This document shows positions 1-10,566 of a stretch of 64,000 bases of DNA, one piece after another. Each line of letters begins with the position of its first letter. Position 1 is the stretch's first letter. The DNA is from an uncultured Thiomicrospira sp. (lineage in GTDB: Bacteria; Pseudomonadota; Gammaproteobacteria; CAKMZV01). The notes under the pieces were generated by a model. It was not told the DNA's origin. It did no database searches and saw only the letters and a list, made by a program, of their open reading frames with translations. A program made the position numbers and the translations under genes. The DNA lies in assembly GCA_965195345.1 (NCBI GenBank), contig OZ239628.1:960001-1024000 (forward strand), written 5' to 3'.

Positions 1-823
1 GGGTCTTTGCATTTTCTTCTGCACCAAGAGGAGCACCATGCACACCTTCACTTCCTTGTTTATTAGGAGAACCTTTACCAATGATTGTGCGGGTGCAAAT
101 CAAAACAGGTTTATCAACGATGCTTTTGGCTTCGTTGATGGCGTTTTCAATGGATTCTGTATTATGACCATCGACATTGCGAATAACATGCCAACCATAT
201 GCTTCAAACCGTTTTGGCGTGTCTTCAGAAAACCAGCCAGCGACAGATCCATCAATTGAGATACCATTATCATCCCAAATAACTTTAAGTTTTCCCAGCC
301 CGAGAGTACCTGCCAAAGAACAAACTTCGTGCGAAATTCCTTCCATTAAGCAGCCATCACCAACGATTGTCCATGTGTTGTGATTTATAACCTCGATATC
401 TGGACGATTAAATTGAGCAGCTAATGAACGTTCAGCAATTGCCATTCCTACAGCATTGCTTAGTCCTTGTCCAAGCGGTCCAGTAGTCGTTTCAACGCCT
501 TCAGTATATCCATACTCTGGATGCCCAGGCGTTTTAGAATGCAACTGACGGAATTGTTTTAAATCATCTATAGATAATTTGTATCCACTCAAATGTAAAA
601 GAGAATAAATGAGCATTGAACCATGTCCGTTTGACAATATAAAACGATCTCTATTCGCCCAGTTTGGATTTTTTGGATTGTGTCTAAGATGTCTGCGCCA
701 TAATACTTCAGCTATATCAGCCATGCCCATTGGCGCTCCAGGATGCCCTGAATTTGCAGTGTCAATAGCATCAATACTTAAAGCTCTAATGGCATTGGCA
801 CAATGTAGATTAGTTGGTTTCAT
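1..823 (-). CDS. tkt: Transketolase, N-terminal part (runs off the window start)
   Basis: Not in the ORF track. Manual translation from ATG at 823 gives [42 protein letters not shown]...[12 protein letters not shown]...TPGHPEYG...[12 protein letters not shown], which are transketolase motifs. Confidence 0.95.
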   Translation of the reverse strand, partial: MKPTNLHCANAIRALSIDAIDTANSGHPGAPMGMADIAEVLWRRHLRHNPKNPNWANRDRFILSNGHGSMLIYSLLHLSGYKLSIDDLKQFRQLHSKTPGHPEYGYTEGVETTTGPLGQGLSNAVGMAIAERSLAAQFNRPDIEVINHNTWTIVGDGCLMEGISHEVCSLAGTLGLGKLKVIWDDNGISIDGSVAGWFSEDTPKRFEAYGWHVIRNVDGHNTESIENAINEAKSIVDKPVLICTRTIIGKGSPNKQGSEGVHGAPLGAEENAKT

Positions 824-1063
824 TTATTTTATTAATTGAAATTTTAGAAGCATCTGTGCTCGCGTATATACTGGAATTAAATAAAAAAACTCGCAGTCTT
901 CACAGGATTTAAGTAACTCATCAAGTCTTTAATATTATCCCACTTTTAACAATCGAATGTAATTATAAATTACTCAATTTATTAGAGGCTTACCTCAGGT
1001 TGACTTGTCAATTTGATGATACACTTAATGCTTTGTTTTTGAAGAATCTAAATGTAAATTTTT

Positions 1064-1705
1064 ATGCACGAAGATGTAGAAAAATCTAAATTGACTGCAC
1101 GAACCAGTCGCAAATTATATCCTGTGAGCGATGCATCCCTTACGCCGTTTCAAAAAATAGCACAACGAGGCTCTCTGGAACGTGTAAAACTGTTAAACAC
1201 TCTCAGAGGAGGTTGTGACTTAATGCAGTATAGAGATAAGAGTAGTAATAAGAATAAACGGCTAAGAGAAGCAAGAATTCTTAAATCTTTGTGTCGACTA
1301 AGTAAAACAAAATTGATTATTAATGATGATTGGCGATTATGTCGAAGAATAGCAGCTGATGGAGTGCACCTTGGCAAAGATGATGCACGGATCAGGCAAG
1401 TTAGAAATGCATTATCTTCTAAGTGTGTATTAGGTGTCTCTTGCTACGATCAGTCAATTAGGGCTGCTGAAGCTCTTAGGCAAGGCGCTGATTATGTGGC
1501 TTTTGGAGCGCTTTATGATTCAGCTATTAAACCAAATGCAATAAAAGCGAACCTTAAGGTTCTAAGGATGGGTTCAAAACTGTGTAAAGGGAAAAAGTAC
1601 ACTGTTGGAATTGGCGGTATTAATCAAAAAAACTTGCCTAATGTGATACGTGCAGGTGCACGATATGCAGCAATGATCTCTGCTTTTTGGACTACTTTTG
1701 AATAA
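1064..1705 (+). CDS. thiE: Thiamine-phosphate synthase
   Basis: QYRDK, LIINDD, ADGVHLG, GADYVAFG, IGGI motifs. Confidence 0.9.
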   Translation: MHEDVEKSKLTARTSRKLYPVSDASLTPFQKIAQRGSLERVKLLNTLRGGCDLMQYRDKSSNKNKRLREARILKSLCRLSKTKLIINDDWRLCRRIAADGVHLGKDDARIRQVRNALSSKCVLGVSCYDQSIRAAEALRQGADYVAFGALYDSAIKPNAIKANLKVLRMGSKLCKGKKYTVGIGGINQKNLPNVIRAGARYAAMISAFWTTFE

Positions 1706-1916
1706 TGAAATGCCACTGACCATCAATTTCTTCAACGGATACTAAAGTATGATTATTTTGCCTACATAAGGTAGGTATATCGTACTTTGATCCTGGGTCT
1801 GTGCTGATTAATTTAAGAGTCTGCCCTTCAGAAATTTGCAGCATCCCTTGCTTAGCACGAAGCGTTGGCATAGGACACATTAAGCCTGCAGCGTCAACGG
1901 TTAGATCTGTTTTCAT
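1692..1916 (-). CDS. tusA: Sulfurtransferase TusA/SirA family
   Basis: DAAGLMCPMP and STDPGS motifs, 74 aa. Confidence 0.85.
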   Translation of the reverse strand: MKTDLTVDAAGLMCPMPTLRAKQGMLQISEGQTLKLISTDPGSKYDIPTLCRQNNHTLVSVEEIDGQWHFIIQK

Positions 1917-1925
1917 ATGTTAATT

Positions 1926-3188
1926 TTAGAGATGTTTGACTAGTTCGTCAGCAAATTCAGATGTGCTAACTTCAACAGCCCCTTCCATCAAACGGGCGAA
2001 GTCGTAAGTGACACGTTTTGCTTGGATTGCAGAAGACATAGCATTTACAACCAAATCAGCAGCTTCAACCCACTGCATATGACGAAGCATCATTTCTGCA
2101 GATAAAATTAATGACCCAGGGTTTACTTTGTTTAATCCCGCATATTTCGGTGCTGTTCCGTGAGTGGCTTCGAATAATCCGATTTGATCGGATAAATTAG
2201 CACCAGGGGCAATTCCTAATCCGCCAACTTGAGCGGCAAGCGCGTCTGAAATATAATCGCCATTTAAATTAAGCGTAGCAATAACGTCGTATTCTTGAGG
2301 TCTTAGAATAATTTGCTGTAAAAATGCGTCTGCTATAACATCTTTAATAATTATGGTTTTACCATTATTAGGGTTTTTCATCTCCATCCATGGACCGCCA
2401 TTTATAGGCGTTGCATTGAATTCATCTTTCGCAACAGCATACCCCCAGTCTTTGAATGCTCCTTCTGTGAATTTCATGATGTTGCCTTTATGAACTATAG
2501 TCATGGAAGGGCGATCATTGTCAATGGTATATTGAATCGCACGTCGAATAAAGCGTTTCGTTCCTTCTTCAGATACGGGTTTTATGCCGATGCTTGAAGA
2601 GTCGGGAAAACGAATTTGATTCACATTCATTTCATTTCGTAAAAAATCAATCACTTTTTTTACTTCAGGAGAATGCGCTTGCCACTCAATGCCAGCATAA
2701 ATATCTTCCGCATTTTCACGAAAGATGACCATGTCGGTATGTTCTGGATTTTTTAGATTCGACGGGGTTCCTTCAAAATATTGCACAGGGCGCACACAAA
2801 TGTATAGATCAAGAATCTGACGCATAGCAACATTCAGGGAACGAATTCCTCCGCCTACTGGTGTAGTTAAAGGTCCCTTTATTGTCACATGATACTGGCG
2901 CAGGGCTTCTATGGTTTCATCAGGCAACCAGACATCTTCTCCGTACACTTCGGTGGCTTTCTCGCCCGCATAAATTTCCATCCAATGAATTTTACGTTTG
3001 CCGTTGTAAGATTTTTGTACAGCAGCATCGATCACCTTTTTCATCGCTGGAGTAATGTCAACTCCAATGCCATCACCTTCAATAAAAGGAATTATTGGTT
3101 CATCAGGAATGTTTAAAGAATTATCTTTATTAAGAGTGATTTTTTCTCCTAATGCGGGTGGTTTTATTTTGTCAAACATGTTTTGCAT
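1926..3188 (-). CDS. icd: NADP-dependent isocitrate dehydrogenase
   Basis: [45 protein letters not shown]. Confidence 0.97.
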   Translation of the reverse strand: MQNMFDKIKPPALGEKITLNKDNSLNIPDEPIIPFIEGDGIGVDITPAMKKVIDAAVQKSYNGKRKIHWMEIYAGEKATEVYGEDVWLPDETIEALRQYHVTIKGPLTTPVGGGIRSLNVAMRQILDLYICVRPVQYFEGTPSNLKNPEHTDMVIFRENAEDIYAGIEWQAHSPEVKKVIDFLRNEMNVNQIRFPDSSSIGIKPVSEEGTKRFIRRAIQYTIDNDRPSMTIVHKGNIMKFTEGAFKDWGYAVAKDEFNATPINGGPWMEMKNPNNGKTIIIKDVIADAFLQQIILRPQEYDVIATLNLNGDYISDALAAQVGGLGIAPGANLSDQIGLFEATHGTAPKYAGLNKVNPGSLILSAEMMLRHMQWVEAADLVVNAMSSAIQAKRVTYDFARLMEGAVEVSTSEFADELVKHL

Positions 3189-3377
3189 CGGTGGTATGTG
3201 TTATCTGTGCTCGAAGTGATAGAAATAATTCAAATAAATCTACGTAGTGAACGGTTATTTAAGGTGAAAATGTGAGCGAATTCTACCATATTACAGGTGG
3301 GTTTCATAATCAATTGCAATTTGCGTATGACAACAATTGAGCAGATTGATTCGGCGAATTCTTGCAAAGAAGATAAA

Positions 3378-3983
3378 TCATGAAACCTTTGAATCTAGTT
3401 TTTCTTCCTTGCTTAAAAGTCTTTGGATATTGCTTCGATGTTGCCAAATGATAATTATGCTAAGTATGCTGAGTAAGACAATAGTTTTTAAATTATTTCC
3501 AAATAACCACGCATAAAAGGGCGTTAAAAATATTGCAATAATTGCGGACAAAGAAGATATTTTAAAAAACTTGGCTATGATTAGCCATGTTAATGCGGAT
3601 GCAATTGCGGTTGCAGGGAAAAACAAATTCCAAGCAAATAATGCTCCGTAATAAGTTGCCACACCTTTCCCCCCCTTAAAATTGAAAAATATTGGATATA
3701 TGTGTCCTAATACGATTGCAATAGTAAGCACCAATAAATGATGAGGCGCGAAGTATCCGAAAAGATGAGCGATTAAAATAAATAAGAATCCTTTAAGTAA
3801 ATCTCCGATCAAAGTGAATAGCGCTGCTTTTTTATTACCCATGCGCAAAACATTAGTAGCCCCAGGATTTTTGGAGCCATTTTCACGAGGATCAGCTAAT
3901 CCCATACTTCTGCAGACGATGATAGCACTCGATAAAGAACCGATGAGATAGGCGAAAAAAGACCAAATGAGCAGTTCAATCAT
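3378..3983 (-). CDS. plsY: Glycerol-3-phosphate acyltransferase PlsY
   Basis: [23 protein letters not shown]. Confidence 0.95.
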   Translation of the reverse strand: MIELLIWSFFAYLIGSLSSAIIVCRSMGLADPRENGSKNPGATNVLRMGNKKAALFTLIGDLLKGFLFILIAHLFGYFAPHHLLVLTIAIVLGHIYPIFFNFKGGKGVATYYGALFAWNLFFPATAIASALTWLIIAKFFKISSLSAIIAIFLTPFYAWLFGNNLKTIVLLSILSIIIIWQHRSNIQRLLSKEEKLDSKVS

Positions 3984-4471
3984 GTTTTCCCTATGTGTTT
4001 GAAATGTCCTGATTTACCGCCACTTTTTTCGAGCAAAAAAATAGAGTCAATAATCATTCCACGATCCACAGCTTTACACATGTCGTATAGAGTAAGCGCA
4101 GCAACGGTAGCAGCCGTTAGAGCCTCCATTTCAACACCAGTTTGTCCATTAACTGTGCATGTTGCCTTAATGTCAACTCCACAGAAAGCATCTTCATGCA
4201 CTGTGTATAAATCAATTTTCACTGTAGATAGATTGAGTTGATGACACATAGGAATAAGTGAGTCCGTTCGTTTGGCTGCCATAATGCCTGCAATGCGAGC
4301 AGTTGAAAACACATCGCCTTTTTTATGAGATCCGTCCTTAATCATTGTTAGAGTCTCTGGACGCATTGAGATTCGAGCACCGGCCACAGCAATTCGAGTG
4401 GTTACTTCTTTGTCTCCAATGTCAACCATTCGTGCTATACCGCTTGAATCAAGGTGTGAGAGTTTGTTCAT
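3980..4471 (-). CDS. moaC: Cyclic pyranopterin monophosphate synthase MoaC
   Basis: [36 protein letters not shown]. Confidence 0.95.
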   Translation of the reverse strand: MNKLSHLDSSGIARMVDIGDKEVTTRIAVAGARISMRPETLTMIKDGSHKKGDVFSTARIAGIMAAKRTDSLIPMCHQLNLSTVKIDLYTVHEDAFCGVDIKATCTVNGQTGVEMEALTAATVAALTLYDMCKAVDRGMIIDSIFLLEKSGGKSGHFKHIGKT

Positions 4472-4791
4472 AGTATATTTATTGTACGCCTTATGCTTGG
4501 TTTGCTGGGTGGCGGCTAATTAAATTCATTCAAGTCAGCATTCTGTAAATGTTCTGTTAATATTATTATTTGCGAACTGCTCTTATTGAAACCAAGCAAA
4601 CTGTTATTATGTAAACTTTTATATTGTGAGAACTTTGTTCATTATAAAACAATTATGTTGTTTGACCGAAGGGACAAGACTTAGTTATTATAAAGAGCTC
4701 TAATACATGAGTAAAATATTGTACCTATTAGATAGTATTTCTGAATAAGCTATAATCTACACTCTAAAACACAATATAGAACCATCATCTC

Positions 4792-5439
4792 ATGTTGGAA
4801 AGTATCTCAAATTTTTTATTGTTGGCTCATATTGTTGCCGGATCTACTGCGCTTATTGCAGGTTTTGTGGCTGTAGGAGCACAGTTTTTTAAGGCACAAC
4901 ACAAGGTACATCAAGTCAGTGGTCAATTTTTTTTCTGGAGTATGGTTGTTATTTTTATAACGGCATTTTTTCTTTCCCTCCTTACTTCCAATTTATTTTT
5001 ATTTTTAATTGCTCTGTTTAGTTTCTACTTAGCATTGTCGGGATATTGTTTTGCTAAAAACAGAAAAGGTTTGCCAAAAAGAATGGACTGGATAAGAGTT
5101 GGCTCAATGCTATTAGTGGGGGTGGTGATGTTTATTTATGGTGTTTTTTTACTCATGCATCACGAAGAAAATGGCGTGACGATGCTTGCTTTTGCGTGTA
5201 TCAGTATTGGATTGGCGTCCACAGACTTACGTTATTTACTGTCTCAGAATGTTAACATGGCACAACGCATAAGTAGGCACTTAACAATGATGCTGGCAGC
5301 GTTTATAGCAACAATCACGGCTTTTGTAGTGGTGAATTTTAATTTTGAACCCGCATGGGTTTTATGGTTAGCGCCAACGGTTGTGGTTACTCCTGTTATT
5401 GTTTATTGGAATCGCAAAGTGCTAGGAAAGAAAGTGTGA
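4792..5439 (+). CDS. Multi-pass membrane protein (DUF2306-like)
   Basis: About 7 hydrophobic segments with His residues (AHIVAG, HQVSG, RHL) typical of this family. Confidence 0.55.
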   Translation: MLESISNFLLLAHIVAGSTALIAGFVAVGAQFFKAQHKVHQVSGQFFFWSMVVIFITAFFLSLLTSNLFLFLIALFSFYLALSGYCFAKNRKGLPKRMDWIRVGSMLLVGVVMFIYGVFLLMHHEENGVTMLAFACISIGLASTDLRYLLSQNVNMAQRISRHLTMMLAAFIATITAFVVVNFNFEPAWVLWLAPTVVVTPVIVYWNRKVLGKKV

Positions 5440-5710
5440 AACCCTATAGAGAGTAAAATTCTCTGTCGAAAGAACGATTATTTTTTCTGTAACTTCGCTC
5501 ACTTGCGCCGCAGTCTAAGAGAAGTATTTTCGTAGCAACTGAGTTGTAAAGGAATTGATATTTTAAGACGACAAAATACTTAAAATTGACAAGCTTGTTA
5601 TTGGAGAGGTTAAGGTTGAAGCGATTTTTTTAATCAGTTATCTATCGGATAAATCTGAATGCTTCCATCTTCAACGCTAGTACCCACTTAGCGCCTCGTA
5701 CCTTCGGTGA

Positions 5711-5802
5711 TTATATTAACATTTGCAACGTCAAGTCTCAATTGCCTCCTTTGCATCTGCTAAAGGCATAAACCAGTAAGAAAAGGATTCTGCAAATAAA
5801 TT
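5711..5802 (-). pseudogene. Degraded IS3-family transposase C-terminal relic
   Basis: Reads NLFAESF-SYWFMPLADAKEAIET*RCKC, resembling the IS3 integrase-core tail N.FIESF...WF.SL.DAR..IE.WR..YN. Confidence 0.45.
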
Positions 5803-6947
5803 TATCGTATGCTTCGATAAACTTGCATTGATTCAGGTTTAGTAAAAACTAACTGCCACAATTGTCCGTATCTGCTTCGAAAGAAACCAGCACTCAATAA
5901 AAGATAATAGCGCCACATCCGATAAAAAGGTTCACTGTAGTTGTCTTTAATGTCAGGCCAACTGTCTTCAAATTGTTGATGCCAAACCATTAGTGTTTTG
6001 TCGTAATCGGGGCCAAAATTATGCCAATCTTCTAATCGCAAAAGATGACGGCTGTGTGCGTTTATTACTCCTCTATCGGGTAGCCTGCCGTTAGGGAAAA
6101 TATATTTTTCAATAAAACGATCTGAAGATTTTGAGTCGTCCTCTATCCCTATAGTATGTAGTAAGAACAAACCATCCTCTTTTAATAATTGACTTGCTGT
6201 GGAAAAATAGGTCGGATAGTTTTTAATGCCCACGTGCTCAAACATACCTACAGAAACGACTCTATCGTATTGCCCTTTAAGATTGCGATAGTCTTCCAAC
6301 AAGATTTTTACAGGCAGACCTTGTGCACGTTTTTCAGCCAATAATTTTTGTTCTTTTGAGATGGTTATTCCGACGACATCAACGTTATAATTCTTTGCCA
6401 TAAAAGTAGCTAATCCACCCCAACCGCAACCGATATCAATAACACTCATGCCGCTTTCTAATTTTAGTTTACGACAAATCATGTCCATTTTGTCAATCTG
6501 TGCTTGCTCAAGGTTGTCTGCATTTTTCCAATATCCGCAACTGTAATTCATACTCGAATCAAGCATGCGCTCAAATAAATCATTACCTGTGTCATAATGA
6601 ATTTGACCAACTTTCCAGGCACGGCTTCGATTTTGTTTGTTAATCGCTTTGTCTAAAATGGCAGAATACGCTATTTTTAATTTGATTGATGGCGTCACGT
6701 ATTTATCAAGGCGAGCATGAAGAACGCGTGTAAAAAGTTGATCAAGACTTTCACAATCCCACCACCCATCTATATAGGCTTCGCCTAATCCTAACGACCC
6801 ATTAAGTGCTATTCGATTAAAAAGCCTGGTGTCATGGACTTGTATGTCCCAAGGATTAGAACCGTTAAAAGAAACATCTGCAAAAGCAAACAGTTCTTCG
6901 ATTTCTTTGAATCTTTTTTTTGTGGATTGGGTGTTTTCTAACGGCAT
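5802..6947 (-). CDS. cfa: Cyclopropane-fatty-acyl-phospholipid synthase
   Basis: LGEAYIDGWW, HYDTGNDLF, YSCGYW, DIGCGWGG, SVGMFEHVG. Confidence 0.95.
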   Translation of the reverse strand: MPLENTQSTKKRFKEIEELFAFADVSFNGSNPWDIQVHDTRLFNRIALNGSLGLGEAYIDGWWDCESLDQLFTRVLHARLDKYVTPSIKLKIAYSAILDKAINKQNRSRAWKVGQIHYDTGNDLFERMLDSSMNYSCGYWKNADNLEQAQIDKMDMICRKLKLESGMSVIDIGCGWGGLATFMAKNYNVDVVGITISKEQKLLAEKRAQGLPVKILLEDYRNLKGQYDRVVSVGMFEHVGIKNYPTYFSTASQLLKEDGLFLLHTIGIEDDSKSSDRFIEKYIFPNGRLPDRGVINAHSRHLLRLEDWHNFGPDYDKTLMVWHQQFEDSWPDIKDNYSEPFYRMWRYYLLLSAGFFRSRYGQLWQLVFTKPESMQVYRSIR

Positions 6948-7146
6948 AAAATAATTTCACTAATTTAATAAGCACTATGGTTTGGGGAATTCATTAAACT
7001 TTAACTACTACAGAATAAGAATCTGTATTGTATAAGGGGAAACGGGATTATAAATTTTTGTAACAGAATTATGCAATAATTTTTACGAAAACGGCAGGCT
7101 AATTGAATAGTGATACTTGAAGTGATTGGATGGCAGATGAGCGATA

Positions 7147-7932
7147 TCAGTTTTTCTCTAGTTTTGATATTTGCTCCCTTAGCTGTGTTAACTCTATGAG
7201 GATCTTTTTTTCAATTCCTTCGTGTACTTTGTTGTTTTCTTCTTCAAGAACTTTAATGATGATACCAATCATCATATTTAAAAACACGTACGCTGAAAAG
7301 AAAATGAAGGTAATGTAATAAATCCATGACAGTGGGTATACAGCCATAGTCTCATACATTATGTCGGTCCAGTCTTCAAAGGTCGAAACGCGGAATAAAG
7401 TCAATAAAGTTGAGCCAACATCATTCCATAAAAAGGGGTTGATTTCTGAAAATAATAAGCTGCCAATTACAGCATAGATATAGAAAATAACAAACATCAT
7501 TAGCGCTACATAAGACATACGAGGTATGGCTATCAACAATGCATCTACTAATACACGCAGTTGTGGAACAAAAGAGATTAAACGCATAACGCGGAAAAGC
7601 CTCAATAGTCGAGCTAAGAAAGCGAACTCGCTATTGTCCAGTGGCATCAAAGACGCGATGACAATTATCAAGTCAAACCAATTCCAACCTTTTTTGAAGA
7701 AATCAAGTATACGTTTTTCAGAAGCAATTCGGACGCTCAACTCGATAAGAAAAAAGATGGTTATTGACCAATCAAGTATTTCAATAACTCCCAGCCATGA
7801 TGGTTCTACTTCATAAGTGCGAGCGCCGACGGTAATTGAGCTGAGCAGAATAACTGAGATAACAGTCCATTCAAAAAGCTTGTTATCACGTAATTGAGTA
7901 AGTTTGTATCGCCAATCAGCAGCTTTAGTCAT
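7147..7932 (-). CDS. Voltage-gated ion channel (BacNav-like, 6TM)
   Basis: WNWFD, S4 segment RLLRLFRVMRL, pore filter TFEDWTD, C-terminal coiled coil. Confidence 0.9.
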   Translation of the reverse strand: MTKAADWRYKLTQLRDNKLFEWTVISVILLSSITVGARTYEVEPSWLGVIEILDWSITIFFLIELSVRIASEKRILDFFKKGWNWFDLIIVIASLMPLDNSEFAFLARLLRLFRVMRLISFVPQLRVLVDALLIAIPRMSYVALMMFVIFYIYAVIGSLLFSEINPFLWNDVGSTLLTLFRVSTFEDWTDIMYETMAVYPLSWIYYITFIFFSAYVFLNMMIGIIIKVLEEENNKVHEGIEKKILIELTQLREQISKLEKN

Positions 7933-8425
7933 TCAGAGTTATAGAATCAATGCTAATAGTTTCCTGAGGGACATCTTGGTGTCCGTTTTTTGAAGTTGTG
8001 GCGACTTCACCAATAGCCTCGACCACATCCAGTCCTGCAGTTACTTCACCAAAGACGCAGTATCCCCAACCTTGCATGTTTTCCCCCGAATGGTTTAGAA
8101 AATCGTTATCTGACAGATTTATAAAGAATTGAGAAGAGGCTGAATGTGGTTCCATTGTTCGAGCCATTGCGATGGTTCCTTTATTGTTCTTCAGTCCGTT
8201 ATTTGCTTCATTTTCAATGGACTCTTGCGTTGGAAGCTGTTTCATATCTGCATCCATCCCTCCACCTTGGATCATGAAGTTTTTGATCACTCTATGAAAA
8301 ATCGTACCATTGAAGTGTCCTTTTTCAAAGTAATTGATAAAATTAGCCACAGTTATAGGCGCTTTTTCTGCGTCAAGCTGAAGTGTAATGTCGCCTTTTG
8401 AAGTATGTAACGTTAAATTGGTCAT
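7925..8425 (-). CDS. ppiB: Cyclophilin-type peptidyl-prolyl isomerase (cytoplasmic)
   Basis: FHRVIKNFMIQGGG, AMART, SQFFIN. Confidence 0.9.
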   Translation of the reverse strand: MTNLTLHTSKGDITLQLDAEKAPITVANFINYFEKGHFNGTIFHRVIKNFMIQGGGMDADMKQLPTQESIENEANNGLKNNKGTIAMARTMEPHSASSQFFINLSDNDFLNHSGENMQGWGYCVFGEVTAGLDVVEAIGEVATTSKNGHQDVPQETISIDSITLND

Positions 8426-8433
8426 AGTTATCC

Positions 8434-9087
8434 TTATTGAGTTTTTATGTAAGCTTTTTTGATTACGATGTCGTCAACTGGAACATCACGGAAGAATTTA
8501 AAAATTCCAGTTTTTTCTTTTTGCATTGCGTTGACCACACTCATGCCATCAATAACTTTAGCAAATACAGCGTAGCCATAACCTGAGGTAGACTTGTCCT
8601 TGTGATCGAGAAAAGCATTGTCTGCTAGATTGATGAAAAATTGAGAGGAGGCTGAATTAGGATCTTCCGTTCGAGCCATAGATAATGTTGCAATTTCGTT
8701 TTTAAGTCCATTGCTTGCTTCATTTTTAATGGGAGGGGCGGTTTCTTTTTTTACCATGTTAGGTGCAAATCCACCTCCTTGAACTACAAAATTTGGAATG
8801 ACACGATGGAAAATGGTATTGTCATAAAATCCATTCTTAGTATATTCTAAGAAGTTTTTTACTGTGATAGGTGCTTTTTCAGGATATAGTTCTATAGTCA
8901 AGTCACCAAGAGAGGTTTCAAAAATAACCAAAGGTTTGCTTGGGACGTTTAAATCGCCAGAATTATTTGAGCAAGCATGGCTTGAAAAACCAAAAATCAT
9001 TATTATAAATAGTTTGTAGAATAAACGATTAAAATAACTTTTTGAAACAATTGAAACTTTCACAAGAACTCCTAAAAATAAGCACAT
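8434..9087 (-). CDS. ppiA: Cyclophilin-type peptidyl-prolyl isomerase with N-terminal signal segment (start uncertain)
   Basis: FHRVIPNFVVQGGG, SMART, SQFFIN; hydrophobic leader. Confidence 0.8.
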   Translation of the reverse strand: MCLFLGVLVKVSIVSKSYFNRLFYKLFIIMIFGFSSHACSNNSGDLNVPSKPLVIFETSLGDLTIELYPEKAPITVKNFLEYTKNGFYDNTIFHRVIPNFVVQGGGFAPNMVKKETAPPIKNEASNGLKNEIATLSMARTEDPNSASSQFFINLADNAFLDHKDKSTSGYGYAVFAKVIDGMSVVNAMQKEKTGIFKFFRDVPVDDIVIKKAYIKTQ

Positions 9088-9163
9088 TAAACGCGTATTA
9101 TAACTGTCGCAATCCAGTAATTTTGACAGACTTTACGTATTTTAAATACTTGTCTACATATTA

Positions 9164-10564
9164 ATGAAAACTCGATTTGCTCCTAGTCCTACTGGTGAAA
9201 TGCATACAGGCAATGCACGAACTGCATTGTTTAGTTCATTGCTTGCAGGTTCTCAAAAAGACGGAAAATTTGTATTGCGTATTGAAGATACCGATATCGA
9301 ACGCTCGGAGGATGTATATAGAGTTCAGTTGATGCAAGACTTGCATAAGCTTGAAATATACTGGCATGAAGGCGAAGAGATAGGTGGTGAAAATGGTCCT
9401 TATAGGCAATCCCAGCGTTCTCATATTTACAATCAATACTTGCAGGAATTGGTTTCTAAAAATCTTGCGTACCCTTGTTTTTGCTCACAAGAGGAATTAA
9501 AAGAAATGCGAATGGAGCAAAAATTAGCAGGAGTTCCCCCAAGGTATTCAGGAAAATGGGCAAACGCTGATCCCGAGCTTGTAAAGAAGAAAAAAGAACA
9601 AGGTGTATCTTATACTATGCGCTTTCGAGTTGCTCCTCATAAAAATTTACATTATGAAGATCTCGTGAAAGGCAATCAACGCTTTAGTACAGATGAAATA
9701 GGCGATTTTGTTATTGTTAAAGAAGACGGGACTGCTTCATTTTTTTATGCAAATGCTATTGATGATGCGTTGATGGGAATCACCCATGTGCTACGAGGAG
9801 ACGATCACCTTACGAATACACCGCGACAAATATTAATATTAGAAGGATTGGGCTTGCCGATACCTAAGTACGGGCATCTCAATACGATTTTGGGCGAGGA
9901 TGGTAAACCTCTATCTAAGCGCAATGGTAGTGTAAGTATTAAGCAGATGCTTGCACAAGGTTGGTTGCCGAGTGGCATTATTAATTATTTTGCAAGGTTG
10001 GGACACTATTATTCTGATAATGCGCTGCTTGGGATGGAACAATTGGCGATTCAATTTAGTATAAAATCTTTAGGAAAATCTGCCGCAAAATACGATCCCA
10101 TACAACTAAAGTACTGGCAAAAAATTGCTCTTGAAGCATGTTCCACACAAGAAGTATGGGATTGGATAAAACCAGAAGTTGGAGAAATAATTGATGAGAA
10201 GAATGCACTAAATTTTACTAAGGTCATTCGAGACAATATTTTGTTTCCCAAAGACGCACTCATTTATGCTAATATATTAACCAAGGTGTTACCAGATTAT
10301 TCGAATGAAATTACGCAGTGTATGGAGCAGGCGGGAAAAGCTTATTTTATAACTGCTCAGCAAGCGTGGGAAGAAGTGCCAGACGCAACCAATATGATTG
10401 CTCATTTACAGAAGATGTCATTAAAAGGGAAAGCATTGTTTATGCCTTTGAGGGCAGCTTTGACGGGAATGACACACGGTCCAGAAATGGGGTCATTAAT
10501 CGATTTGATTCCTAATGAATTTGTTCAACAACGCTTGCAGTATGCCTGCGAAATTAGTCAATAG
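9164..10564 (+). CDS. gltX: Glutamate--tRNA ligase
   Basis: RFAPSPTG.MHTG, LRIEDTD, THVLRGDDH, LSKR. Confidence 0.95.
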   Translation: MKTRFAPSPTGEMHTGNARTALFSSLLAGSQKDGKFVLRIEDTDIERSEDVYRVQLMQDLHKLEIYWHEGEEIGGENGPYRQSQRSHIYNQYLQELVSKNLAYPCFCSQEELKEMRMEQKLAGVPPRYSGKWANADPELVKKKKEQGVSYTMRFRVAPHKNLHYEDLVKGNQRFSTDEIGDFVIVKEDGTASFFYANAIDDALMGITHVLRGDDHLTNTPRQILILEGLGLPIPKYGHLNTILGEDGKPLSKRNGSVSIKQMLAQGWLPSGIINYFARLGHYYSDNALLGMEQLAIQFSIKSLGKSAAKYDPIQLKYWQKIALEACSTQEVWDWIKPEVGEIIDEKNALNFTKVIRDNILFPKDALIYANILTKVLPDYSNEITQCMEQAGKAYFITAQQAWEEVPDATNMIAHLQKMSLKGKALFMPLRAALTGMTHGPEMGSLIDLIPNEFVQQRLQYACEISQ

Positions 10565-10566
10565 CC

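Noticed and set aside
38-839. Three short + strand ORFs
   Set aside because: Antisense shadows of the transketolase gene on the - strand
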